DNA of 36,123 bases, taken from contig DAHUZG010000078.1 of assembly GCA_027306715.1 (NCBI GenBank), positions 1 through 36,123 of the forward strand. Reading direction: 5' to 3'. The translations under genes and the position numbers were made by a program. This DNA is from Acidimicrobiaceae bacterium (GTDB lineage: Bacteria > Actinomycetota > Acidimicrobiia > Acidimicrobiales > Bog-793). The notes under the pieces are model-generated. The model was not told the DNA's origin. It saw only the letters and a list, made by a program, of their open reading frames with translations, and made no database searches. Below, in pieces: positions 26,743 through 34,617 of this stretch (positions are counted from its first letter, which is position 1; every line of letters begins with the position of its first letter).

Positions 26743-26831
26743 CCGTAAAAGGCCTGGTAGACGCCAAAAAGTTTCCTTCTTCGGAGCAGTCACCGCTTCC
26801 CTGTCCCAACAAAATCCCAACCTTCGGGGGG

Positions 26832-28265
26832 GTGGCGGTGACACGCCAGGGCAGTAGGTTGCGTTCGATGACGACCGACGAGGCAGCTCAGACGCCGGGT
26901 GCTGATCCCTCCGGTGACCCACGGGGCCGAGGACGCACCAAGGCTGGGTTGCGGGAGCTCCGGCGAGGCGTGTACGAGATTCGCACTTTTGTCGGCAAGG
27001 ATCCACTGACCGGCAAGAGGCTGCAGCGCTCAGAGACGTTCCACGGCGGATACCGCGACGCCGTGCGACGACGAGCACAGCTCGTTGCCGAATCGCAGCA
27101 GGCCAAGCGCGCAACCTCGGGAGCAACGGTCGGTGATCTGCTGGAAGCTTGGTTGGCGCGTTGCGAGGAACGTCGTGCCGCCGGCGATCTGTCGGCCAAC
27201 ACAATCGCCTCGTATCAATACCAGCAGCGTCGTTTGCGTGAGTTGGCGCCCGCGTTCCTCGCGCTGCGACTTGACCGGATCGACACCGCACAACCCGTCG
27301 AAGAGCTGTTGAGCGGGCTTCGACGTTCGGGCGTTACCGACGCCGGGCTTGTGCAGACGCACAAGGCGCTACGTGCAGCATTCGAATGGGGGATCGGGCA
27401 CAAGTGGCTGCGATGGAACCCTGCTAAGTACCTCGATGCGACACCGCGACCGCCCGAGAAGAAGACGCCGAAGGCGACAGTCGAAGACGTGAAACGGCTG
27501 ATTGAAATTGCTCCCAGCGTCCATCCCGACCTCGGCGCCTACTTCCTACTAGCAGCGCTGACGGGCTTGCGACGTCAAGCTCTTTGCGGTCTCCGTTGGT
27601 CCGACATCGATGCGGAAGGCCAACAGCTCACCGTCAATCGAGTCCGGAACGTGGTCTGGGGTAAAACCGTCGACCAGGAGTTCTCGAAGCACCGCCGCTC
27701 GAAGGAAAAGCCTGTGAAATGGCTCGACCCGATCGCGGTTGACACGCTCGGGGCCCTCCGCGAGGCGCAGCGCCGCCGCTGCGTCGAGTCTGTGACGACG
27801 CCACCAGACGATGGATGGGTGTTCAGCGCTGACGGCCTCGGCCTCACGCCGATGAATCCCGACTTCGTGCAACGGCGTGTGAAGCGGGCGGCAGACCTCG
27901 CAGGGTTGCCGCATCGCTCACACGACATGCGGCACCACCGGGCGACGGAGCTCATCGGCGCCGGTGTTGACGTCGGGCGCGTTGCCGACGAACTCGATCA
28001 TCGTGACAAGTCGTTCACGCTGCGTACCTACGTCGGGTCGCACCCAGCGGGCGAGGGTGCAATGGCCGGACTCGGCCGGCGTTACGTCGACCTAGAGCGA
28101 GCGAACATCGAAGTGGTCCCGGCTGTCGCAGCCGTGATGCCGGCGCAGGACCTGTTCGTGAACGACACCGGACAGAGCACCCCGGATCGGCCTCGTCGCG
28201 CCCCGGCGCCATGCGGCTCCGGCTCGACGACAGCCAATCCCAGACGCAATCCGGCTCGTCGTTAG
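26832..28265 (+). CDS. int: Tyrosine-type site-specific integrase
   Basis: Catalytic signature GLRRQALCGLRWSDI (Arg), HDMRHHRATELI (HxxR), FTLRTYVGS (Tyr). N-terminal SAM-like/core-binding region. Start uncertain (GTG 26832, GTG 26838 or ATG 26868). Confidence 0.9.
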   Translation: MAVTRQGSRLRSMTTDEAAQTPGADPSGDPRGRGRTKAGLRELRRGVYEIRTFVGKDPLTGKRLQRSETFHGGYRDAVRRRAQLVAESQQAKRATSGATVGDLLEAWLARCEERRAAGDLSANTIASYQYQQRRLRELAPAFLALRLDRIDTAQPVEELLSGLRRSGVTDAGLVQTHKALRAAFEWGIGHKWLRWNPAKYLDATPRPPEKKTPKATVEDVKRLIEIAPSVHPDLGAYFLLAALTGLRRQALCGLRWSDIDAEGQQLTVNRVRNVVWGKTVDQEFSKHRRSKEKPVKWLDPIAVDTLGALREAQRRRCVESVTTPPDDGWVFSADGLGLTPMNPDFVQRRVKRAADLAGLPHRSHDMRHHRATELIGAGVDVGRVADELDHRDKSFTLRTYVGSHPAGEGAMAGLGRRYVDLERANIEVVPAVAAVMPAQDLFVNDTGQSTPDRPRRAPAPCGSGSTTANPRRNPARR

Positions 28266-28495
28266 CTCATGACCTTGCCGGTTGTCGCGAGGAACCGCTG
28301 CAAACCGTCATGACTTACAAGGTGTCGTCTCCCGAGGCGGAAAGCGCCCGGCAACCTACCTTGAAGCGCCAGCTTGCGAGCGTGTTCTGCCGAGATGCGT
28401 AGAAGCACCGCGGCCTCAGCCAACGTAAGAACCGTAGGCGGGTTGAGATCAGTCCGGCGATCACCTTCGTATCGATGCGGTCCAAAATGTTGCAT
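28262..28495 (-). CDS. Excisionase-family helix-turn-helix DNA-binding protein (Xis-like)
   Basis: VLTLAEAAVLLRISAEHARKLALQGRLPGAFRLGRRHLVSHDGLQRFL matches the excisionase/MerR-type HTH pattern. Called from ATG 28495 (77 aa) because the longer track ORF to 28729 overlaps the upstream gene by 200 nt. Stop overlaps the int stop (convergent). Confidence 0.6.
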   Translation of the reverse strand: MQHFGPHRYEGDRRTDLNPPTVLTLAEAAVLLRISAEHARKLALQGRLPGAFRLGRRHLVSHDGLQRFLATTGKVMS

Positions 28496-28529
28496 AGGCA
28501 GCGCTAACTCGCCTTGCACTTTGAGCACC

Positions 28530-29078
28530 TTACCGCTTCTCGAGTTCGGAGCATGAGTGCTCGGATTTACCATGAATGCCATCGCGATTGGCTGCTTCCA
28601 TTGTGCCGTGGGCCGCAGCGGATGTCGAACTCGTCTCTTGAGCAAGCGCCACCACCTGCCCGGTGGCGCGTAGGACCGCCTCGGCGACAAGACGAGCGTT
28701 TCTGACGTCGAGTCCACATAGAGCTTCATTTAGGTCGACCGGGGATCCGCACGCCAAACTCGCGGCGAGGCCCAATACCTGACCCTCAGTGGCCGAGCAC
28801 CCAAGTTCGCCGCGCTCGAGCGCGTCAAAACACGCAGTCCAACGCACCACCGCCATCCGCGTAGAGCCGTCCTGCTCGACGAACCTAACCATGAAATCGC
28901 TGCTGAAGAGCAGGGTGCGGTGGGCGATGAGCAACTCCACGGCTGCTTCGGCGCAGTAGACGCCGCTTGCCCGATTCCTTAGCGCGCATGCGAGTCTGTC
29001 GCCAAGCTGCGGGGACCGCATCGGGTCGACCGTCTCAACCTCGCGCTGATGCGCGCCGATCGTCGTCTGCCGTGTCAT
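28530..29078 (-). CDS. Hypothetical protein, translationally coupled to the Prim-Pol gene
   Basis: ATG 29078-29076 overlaps the Prim-Pol stop 29077-29075 (ATGA). No motif recognised. The last ~30 codons lie in a lower-GC stretch, so the true 3' end is uncertain. Confidence 0.5.
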   Translation of the reverse strand: MTRQTTIGAHQREVETVDPMRSPQLGDRLACALRNRASGVYCAEAAVELLIAHRTLLFSSDFMVRFVEQDGSTRMAVVRWTACFDALERGELGCSATEGQVLGLAASLACGSPVDLNEALCGLDVRNARLVAEAVLRATGQVVALAQETSSTSAAAHGTMEAANRDGIHGKSEHSCSELEKR

Positions 29079-30757
29079 GGCGCGATATCTACGCTCGGCG
29101 GCGCAATCGACGACGGCACTTCGAAGCTGAGGGGTATCACCATGGACTCATGCTCGGCCATCGATTTTCGCAATGGATCGGTGTCGAGCCCGTGCTGTTC
29201 GGCCGCCTCGGCCCCGACGAGTTCTCTCAACTTGTCTTCATGCGTGGCGACGCGTCGCGACGTCGCGCCCCAAGCCGCTCTATCGAGGTCGTTGAAACGC
29301 TTCGTACCGCTCGTCTTCTCGGGGTCCACCAAGCTGGCAATCGCACGAGGTTGCTTCTCGCCGGCTCGAAGTCCCGACGCGATGGTGCACAGCGCCTCGC
29401 GCTCGTCCAGCCCAGCACTCCGCGCGGCGTCGACCAGCCGATCACGGGCGTCATCCTGAGTCAGCAACCGCGCGCCGATGAGAGTCCCAAGTGAGAACGC
29501 GGCGGTGTTGAGCCGATGATTGCGTCCGCCTTCTGGCGTCGATGCAACCGCCGCGCACTCCGATTCGACGGCTGCCCGCACGTAGTGCGAGCTCGTCAAT
29601 CGCACAGGCTCGGTCGGGCGCGAAGGTGACTGGTGATGCGGTGAGAGCCGCTCGACCAGCCACCCGGGCACGGCGGGAAGCGACTGGCCCAAGAGCGTCG
29701 TCGACAGCGCTCCGGTCGCCTCGTCGAGGAACTGGTAGCGCCAGCCGCCGGGATGCACCGACGGCGGGGCGACGACGTAGCCGCCGCGACCGCGCACGTC
29801 GACGCCGGGAAGCACCGCGACGCGCGACGCCAAGCCCTGCGAGGCGAACCACAGGTGCCACCCCCGCCCGGTCTTCACGACGACGCCGGCGCCGGGGTCG
29901 CCAGGGGCCGGGTCGAATAGCTCGGCCCGGGCGCCGGCGCTGTCGATATCGACCACGTCGAGGCCCTCGCCGGTGCGGATGCCGACGTTGGCGCGCCACG
30001 AGACTCTCCACCAGGTGTGGATCTTCTCCTCTGAGGTTGTCGCCTCGAGAAGTCCCCGGGGCACGAGCCGGCCGTCGGGCACCTTGTCCCCGGCGCGAAG
30101 CGGCAGCACGGCCCAGCCGCGCCGGGCGTAGCTGAGCGCTGCGGCAAGAAGCGGGTTCACCGCCTCGGCCACCATCTGCTGGTGGGCGAGCGCGGCGCCC
30201 GGCCCGAGGCGAGAGACACCGCGTGTGGGGGGAAGCATCGTGCGGACCTCGAGGCTGGCGTCGGGGCCGAAGCGGACGAGCTCGAAGTGGCACAGCCGCG
30301 AGAGCGTCGCTGCCATCGGGGCGTTTCGTGACAGGCTCGGCGAGAGCCCGAGGTCACGGGCGAGCTCGGCGAGATCGACGACGGCGCTGTCAGGCTGTCG
30401 CTTGAGCTCTCGTGCGAGCCGGCGCAGGCACCACGTCGCCGACGGCCCGATCACCGGGAGCCAGCAGCGCTCGACGTAGGGATGCGTCGGTGAGAAGCGT
30501 GCCTGCGCAGTACCTTCTTGTGACGCCTCCCCATACGGCAGAAGCTTGACGAAGCGCTCGATCGGGCTGGCGCCGCTTCCTGTCCGGTCGATCACGATGG
30601 GCCGGACCGGCTCCGGCCCTCGGGTCCGCTCCCGGGTGCCCGGACCGCTCGCCGGACGAGGAAGCAGGCGCGTCGCGCCGGGGGGCGCCGGCGCCCGCTC
30701 TGACGACTGTGGGAGATGCCGGACGCCGGAATCGTGTTGTCGGAGGTCGTTGTCCAT
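29075..30757 (-). CDS. Bifunctional DNA primase/polymerase (Prim-Pol, archaeo-eukaryotic primase superfamily) replicase
   Basis: GWAVLPLRAGDKVP, VGIRTGEGLDVVDIDS (DxD), GGYVVAPPSVHPGG in the centre. C-terminal GGRNHRLNTAAFSLGTLIG helical region common in actinobacterial element replicases. Extra ~150-aa N-terminal region. Confidence 0.85.
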   Translation of the reverse strand: MDNDLRQHDSGVRHLPQSSERAPAPPGATRLLPRPASGPGTRERTRGPEPVRPIVIDRTGSGASPIERFVKLLPYGEASQEGTAQARFSPTHPYVERCWLPVIGPSATWCLRRLARELKRQPDSAVVDLAELARDLGLSPSLSRNAPMAATLSRLCHFELVRFGPDASLEVRTMLPPTRGVSRLGPGAALAHQQMVAEAVNPLLAAALSYARRGWAVLPLRAGDKVPDGRLVPRGLLEATTSEEKIHTWWRVSWRANVGIRTGEGLDVVDIDSAGARAELFDPAPGDPGAGVVVKTGRGWHLWFASQGLASRVAVLPGVDVRGRGGYVVAPPSVHPGGWRYQFLDEATGALSTTLLGQSLPAVPGWLVERLSPHHQSPSRPTEPVRLTSSHYVRAAVESECAAVASTPEGGRNHRLNTAAFSLGTLIGARLLTQDDARDRLVDAARSAGLDEREALCTIASGLRAGEKQPRAIASLVDPEKTSGTKRFNDLDRAAWGATSRRVATHEDKLRELVGAEAAEQHGLDTDPLRKSMAEHESMVIPLSFEVPSSIAPPSVDIAP

Positions 30758-30776
30758 GTCCGAAGGTTGACAAGTC

Positions 30777-30916
30777 GACTTCCCGAACAGGTTCCCGATC
30801 GGATTCGAAGCGAGTTCCCGTTTCGCGTTTCGGGTGGATTTTCATCGTTCGGTCCAACCGGTCCGGCCTTTGCGGGGTTCCCGATCGCCGCAGAGAAGCG
30901 CTTCGACTTCCCGGTC
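30777..30916. repeat. Five dispersed copies of the same TTCCCG(A) motif upstream of the Prim-Pol gene
   Basis: Perfect TTCCCGA at 30780, 30792 and 30878. TTCCCG at 30815 and 30908. Same orientation as the 35.4-kb array. Confidence 0.85.
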
Positions 30917-30942
30917 GGCTTCCGGCAGCCAACCAGGCGTGC

Positions 30943-33486
30943 TCAGCGGTAGGGGGTGCGGCGCGGCAGCCTCGCCGGCGGTCCCTTGGTGCTGAGGCCG
31001 TTGTAGAGGGACTCGATGCGAGGATCGACCTCTTCGCCGAGCCCGAGCTCGTCGACGGCGTCGACAGCTTTGTAGAACTCGGACTCGATCCCGTCCTCGT
31101 CATCTGACGCCGCGGCGAGGCGAAGTGCGGCTTCACAGAGCGGCTCGGACTCAGGAGCGACGACGCGGCCCTTTCTGATCGCCCACGCCGCGTCGGCAAG
31201 GCTCGAGGGTGACGGGCGGTGGGTGATCGCCAGCAGTGCCATCTGATGCGCCGCGTGGACAACCGCGGTCTCGAGCTCGACGAGGAACTGCTCGGCGTCA
31301 AGGAAGCTGTAGCGCCCGATAACCGAGCGGTCCGAGCAGGGCGGACCGTCGTCTGAGATCAGCTCGAGAGCTTGGCGAAGCGCCTCGATCGCCTCTCTCG
31401 GCCGGCCGGCGCGCTCGAGGCTCCGCCCGATCGCGGCGATCTCGATGAACCGCAGCCAGTCACAGCTCACCGAGCAGTCGAGCCCGTACGGGCGGCCGCC
31501 CACGGCGTGCGGGAAGCGCTCCGGTCCGAGCGCGGCGCGGACCTTGGAGACGGCGTTGTGCACCGTCTTGGCGGCGCGGCTGACGTCGCGCTGGTAGTTG
31601 CCGAGCACGTCGCGCAGCTGCTCGGTCGTCGCTCGGTAGCTGTGAAGTGCCAGGTAGGCGGTCACCTGGACGACCTCGGGCGCGACGTTGTCGGCGACGT
31701 CGCCGACGAGGTCGGGAACCGGCCGGAGAAGGCGAAGCTCGACCGGCCCGGCGGCCGGAAGCTCGCTCGCCGGGTCGGGGAGCACCTCGTCCGCCGCTGT
31801 CACCGGCGGCAGCGGTGCCTGAGACGCGGCGGCCGACAGGCGCAGCACCGCGGCCAGCTCCGAGCGCGTCGGGAGTACAGCCGGAAGGGTGATCCCGAGC
31901 GGCTCGATGCTAAGCGTCGGTCCCTCGTAGACAACGACCCGGTCGGCGTCGAGCATCGTCCCGATCACCGCCACGATGCCGGGCGCTCTCGCCCGGACCT
32001 CGCCAGCGGTCTCGGGGTCCGCCACGATCACGACCGGCTGGCTCTCGGGAAGCCCCGCCCGCCAGAGCGGGTCGCGCCGGCTCGCCTCGGCGAGCCCGGC
32101 GACGACATCGACGCTCAGCTCGAGCATCTCCTCCGAGCCAACAAAGCTCGCCTCACCGACGCGGTAAAGCTCGACCTCGCCCCAGGGGGCAGCTTTGGCG
32201 TGTGCCCAGACTGCGCCGAGAGCGCGCTCCATCTCGTCGTCGGTGCCTCTGAAGGCGACCGACTCGCCCGGCCCGCAGGCAACGAGGTAGCTGCCGTCGT
32301 CGTCCTCGGCGACAGGTATCAGCACCGCCAGGTACGGCTGAGCCTCGCCGGCACCGGCGCGAAGCTCGTCGAGGTCGAGAGACGGGTCGAGGCGAAGACA
32401 GCGCCCCTCTGACTCAAGGACAAAGCCCGGCGGGGCCTCACTGAGTGCCTCGTCGAGCAGCAGCTCGATCCCGCGCGGCCCGGCGCGGACAAGGCTCACC
32501 CTCGGTGCCTCGATCCCGGGGTCGGCGAGCAGCCCGGCACAGAGGAGGCGGTTGGCGCCGTCGATGAAGTCGGGCAGCTCGGCGAGCTCGAGCGGCCGCA
32601 GCTCTGCCTCGATGGCGGCATCGGCGTCGGACAGCCGGGGCGGCGACCCGCCGGGCTGTCCTCGCATCTGCTGGAGGCGGCGCAGGCGGCGAAGCCTCCG
32701 GGCCAAGATCGCACAGCCGAGCAGGCCGAGACCGGAGAGGGCGGCGTAAAGCTCGACCGCCCGGAGCGAGCCGCTGGCGCTTTGGCCGGCGGGTCGGTTG
32801 CCGGGCCGGCTGGCCGCTCCGCTGCCTGCCCGGTTGCGAGTGCTTCCCTGAGGCGAGCGGGCGGCGCCGGGCAGCTCGATGGTCGTCCCGGCGTGCAGCA
32901 GGCTCGGATCCGACATCCTCGTGCCGGCGCCGGTGCGGCTCGGGTTGGCGGCGGTGATCCGCGGCCAGTCGAGTGGCGAGCCGTAGGCCTGCTCGGCGAG
33001 CGTGGTGATCGTGTCGCCGGGCCGGGTGACATACCGAGGCGTAGCCGCCGCCGCTGTCGGGGTGGCCGGGCCGCGAGGGGCGGCTGCGGGGGCGGCGATG
33101 CCCGACGCCGGCGCTGGCGCAGCCCCCGCGCCGGCGTGGGGAAGCGCCGGGCTCGACAGCGAGAGCAACAGTCCGACCACCGGTCCGGCGAGAGCTGCGG
33201 TCCAGGCGTAGCCGCTCCGTCGCCGTGTCGGCTCTTCGCCCGAGGCCTCGTCGAGGCCGGCGCGCACGTCGAGATAGATAAGGCGCGTCCCGTACGCCCA
33301 GCCGACGAGCACGACGGCCGAGAGCCCGAGTCCGAAGTAGATGAGGAGATGGTGCTGTGTCAGCACCAGGTGGTCGGCGAGGTCGCCGACGAACCACCCG
33401 ACGAGCAGTCCGACCCCGATCCAGCACAGGCCGAGGATCGAGAGCCCGAGACTTCTGAGCAGCCGAGCGCCAGCGCCCGCCGTCAT
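30943..33486 (-). CDS. Polytopic membrane protein with extracytoplasmic LysM domain and cytoplasmic SARP-type regulator (wHTH + BTAD)
   Basis: Three N-terminal hydrophobic helices, then LysM (YVTRPGDTITTLAEQAYGSPLDWPRITAANP…LHAGTTIELPG) and a fourth helix followed by RRLRRLRRL. SARP-like region: VELRLLRPVPDLVG…TTEQLRDVLG…VSKVRAALG, then a BTAD-like helical domain. ATG 33486 overlaps the upstream stop (ATGA). Confidence 0.8.
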   Translation of the reverse strand: MTAGAGARLLRSLGLSILGLCWIGVGLLVGWFVGDLADHLVLTQHHLLIYFGLGLSAVVLVGWAYGTRLIYLDVRAGLDEASGEEPTRRRSGYAWTAALAGPVVGLLLSLSSPALPHAGAGAAPAPASGIAAPAAAPRGPATPTAAAATPRYVTRPGDTITTLAEQAYGSPLDWPRITAANPSRTGAGTRMSDPSLLHAGTTIELPGAARSPQGSTRNRAGSGAASRPGNRPAGQSASGSLRAVELYAALSGLGLLGCAILARRLRRLRRLQQMRGQPGGSPPRLSDADAAIEAELRPLELAELPDFIDGANRLLCAGLLADPGIEAPRVSLVRAGPRGIELLLDEALSEAPPGFVLESEGRCLRLDPSLDLDELRAGAGEAQPYLAVLIPVAEDDDGSYLVACGPGESVAFRGTDDEMERALGAVWAHAKAAPWGEVELYRVGEASFVGSEEMLELSVDVVAGLAEASRRDPLWRAGLPESQPVVIVADPETAGEVRARAPGIVAVIGTMLDADRVVVYEGPTLSIEPLGITLPAVLPTRSELAAVLRLSAAASQAPLPPVTAADEVLPDPASELPAAGPVELRLLRPVPDLVGDVADNVAPEVVQVTAYLALHSYRATTEQLRDVLGNYQRDVSRAAKTVHNAVSKVRAALGPERFPHAVGGRPYGLDCSVSCDWLRFIEIAAIGRSLERAGRPREAIEALRQALELISDDGPPCSDRSVIGRYSFLDAEQFLVELETAVVHAAHQMALLAITHRPSPSSLADAAWAIRKGRVVAPESEPLCEAALRLAAASDDEDGIESEFYKAVDAVDELGLGEEVDPRIESLYNGLSTKGPPARLPRRTPYR

Positions 33487-34496
33487 GAGGAAGCTCCGGG
33501 CGTCGCCGTCATCAGCTGGACGAAGATCGGGTAGGAGACGACCTCGTCTGTCGCCACGGCCTCGCTGAGGGTCAGCTGGCAGGACCCGCCCGGGGAGTCG
33601 AGCGAGACGAACAGACCGTTCGCGCCGAGCTGCTCGGCCGACGCGGTCCCGCAGCTGAGGCGCAGCCGCAGCGTCGCCTGCCCCGACCAGCTGACGTCCG
33701 CGCTGAGCGGCCCCGGAGCCGTCGTCATCTGACGAGTCGTCGAGTAGAACGGCGGAGCGAGCTTGCCGCTCGTCGTGCGAGTCGTGCTCGTCGGCGCCAG
33801 AGTCGTCGTGGTCGTCGTGGTCGTCGTGGTCGTCGTGGTCGTCGTGGTCGTCGTCGTTGTCACGGTCGTGGTCGGCACCCTGCGTGCCGGCGCGCTCGTG
33901 GGGGGCGCCTTTCGTGCCGGGGCGCTCGTCGTCGAATGGCGCGGCGGCAGCGCGGTCGTGGCTGTTGTTGCACCGGGGTTCCGGTGGCGTGCGCCGGCGT
34001 GGCGGGTCGGCGCGGTGGTCAGATGAGCGCCGACGTCGCGCCGGTGCAGGGAAGCGCCGGAGCTTCGCTGCAGCCGCGGCACTGCCGCCGTGCTCGTGGG
34101 AGCAGCGGTTGCGGGCGCGGTCGCCGCCGCCGTGGTGGTCGCGAGCGGCGCGGTGCTTGCCCTGGTGGTCGTGGTTGGCATGGTTGTCGTCGGCGCCGTG
34201 CTCGTCGTCGCGGAGGCACGAGTGCTCGTCCTCCGCGGCGAGGTAGTAGTCGCCGCCGTCGTCGTTGCACCGCTCGGGTGCGAGGTCGTCGTGTCGTTCC
34301 GGCCGGTGGTGTGTAAACGGCTCGGCGGATCGGACCGGCCCCCCGACGCACCGGAGCGCCCGTGCAGGGACGACGCTGCGATCCTGTTCGAGTTGAGCGA
34401 CTCGGCCACAACGGCGACGAGCACGACGCCGACAAGGACGCAGAACACGACGAGAAGGATCGGCCGCCGGCCGTTTCGTGACTCGCCGTTTGCCAT
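33483..34496 (-). CDS. Single-pass membrane protein with Thr/Ala/Pro-rich stalk and small C-terminal globular domain
   Basis: MANGESRNGRRP, then the helix ILLVVFCVLVGVVLVAVVA, about 200 aa of low-complexity Thr/Ala/Pro/Ser/Arg including a run of more than 20 Thr, then a ~85-aa Cys-containing domain (…VSWSGQATLRLRLSCGTASAEQLGANGLFVSLDSPGGSCQLTL…). ATG 34496 preceded by GGAGGCGAGG. Confidence 0.6.
   Translation of the reverse strand: MANGESRNGRRPILLVVFCVLVGVVLVAVVAESLNSNRIAASSLHGRSGASGGRSDPPSRLHTTGRNDTTTSHPSGATTTAATTTSPRRTSTRASATTSTAPTTTMPTTTTRASTAPLATTTAAATAPATAAPTSTAAVPRLQRSSGASLHRRDVGAHLTTAPTRHAGARHRNPGATTATTALPPRHSTTSAPARKAPPTSAPARRVPTTTVTTTTTTTTTTTTTTTTTTTTLAPTSTTRTTSGKLAPPFYSTTRQMTTAPGPLSADVSWSGQATLRLRLSCGTASAEQLGANGLFVSLDSPGGSCQLTLSEAVATDEVVSYPIFVQLMTATPGASS
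33802..33846. repeat. 9-bp tandem repeat GTCGTCGTG x5 (coding, poly-Thr on the minus strand)
   Basis: Perfect copies at 33802, 33811, 33820, 33829 and 33838. Degenerate continuation to about 33875. Confidence 0.95.
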
Positions 34497-34617
34497 CCTC
34501 GCCTCCGGTCGCAGAGCCGTCCCGCCCCCGACGGCCATCACCGCAGGCGCCCATACTGCACGAAGTTGCAGCTGAGCACATCACGACACGTCACCTGCAC
34601 GAGAGGGGCCCCGAGGC

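Noticed and set aside
28262-28729. The full 155-aa version of the Xis-like ORF
   Set aside because: The N-terminal 78 codons overlap the 3' end of 28530-29078 by 200 nt and have no recognisable features. The HTH domain is fully contained after Met 28495. Which of the two frames is coding in 28530-28729 remains uncertain.
811-32412. Other long antisense or overlapping track ORFs, e.g. 811..2214(-), 1616..2959(-), 4042..5103(+), 5637..6437(+), 6236..7252(-), 9632..10891(-), 17463..18818(-), 18673..19890(+), 21662..23827(-), 25203..26288(+), 29451..30293(-), 31372..32412(+)
   Set aside because: All lie opposite or out of frame to genes with strong family signatures. They translate to Arg/Pro/Gly/Ala-rich low-complexity sequence and lack start contexts. 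These are typical GC-driven shadow ORFs.
33763-34026. Plus-strand ORF with a poly-Val run
   Set aside because: It is the antisense reading of the poly-Thr coding repeat. It has no start context or flanking gene logic.
30943-34584. Reading the 1213-aa track ORF as one giant protein
   Set aside because: Its first ~366 codons are a His/Asp/Arg-rich out-of-frame read of the Thr-rich gene region with no membrane segment or SD. In contrast, ATG 33486 overlaps the stop of 33483-34496 (ATGA) and is followed immediately by the first hydrophobic helix. I split it into two genes.
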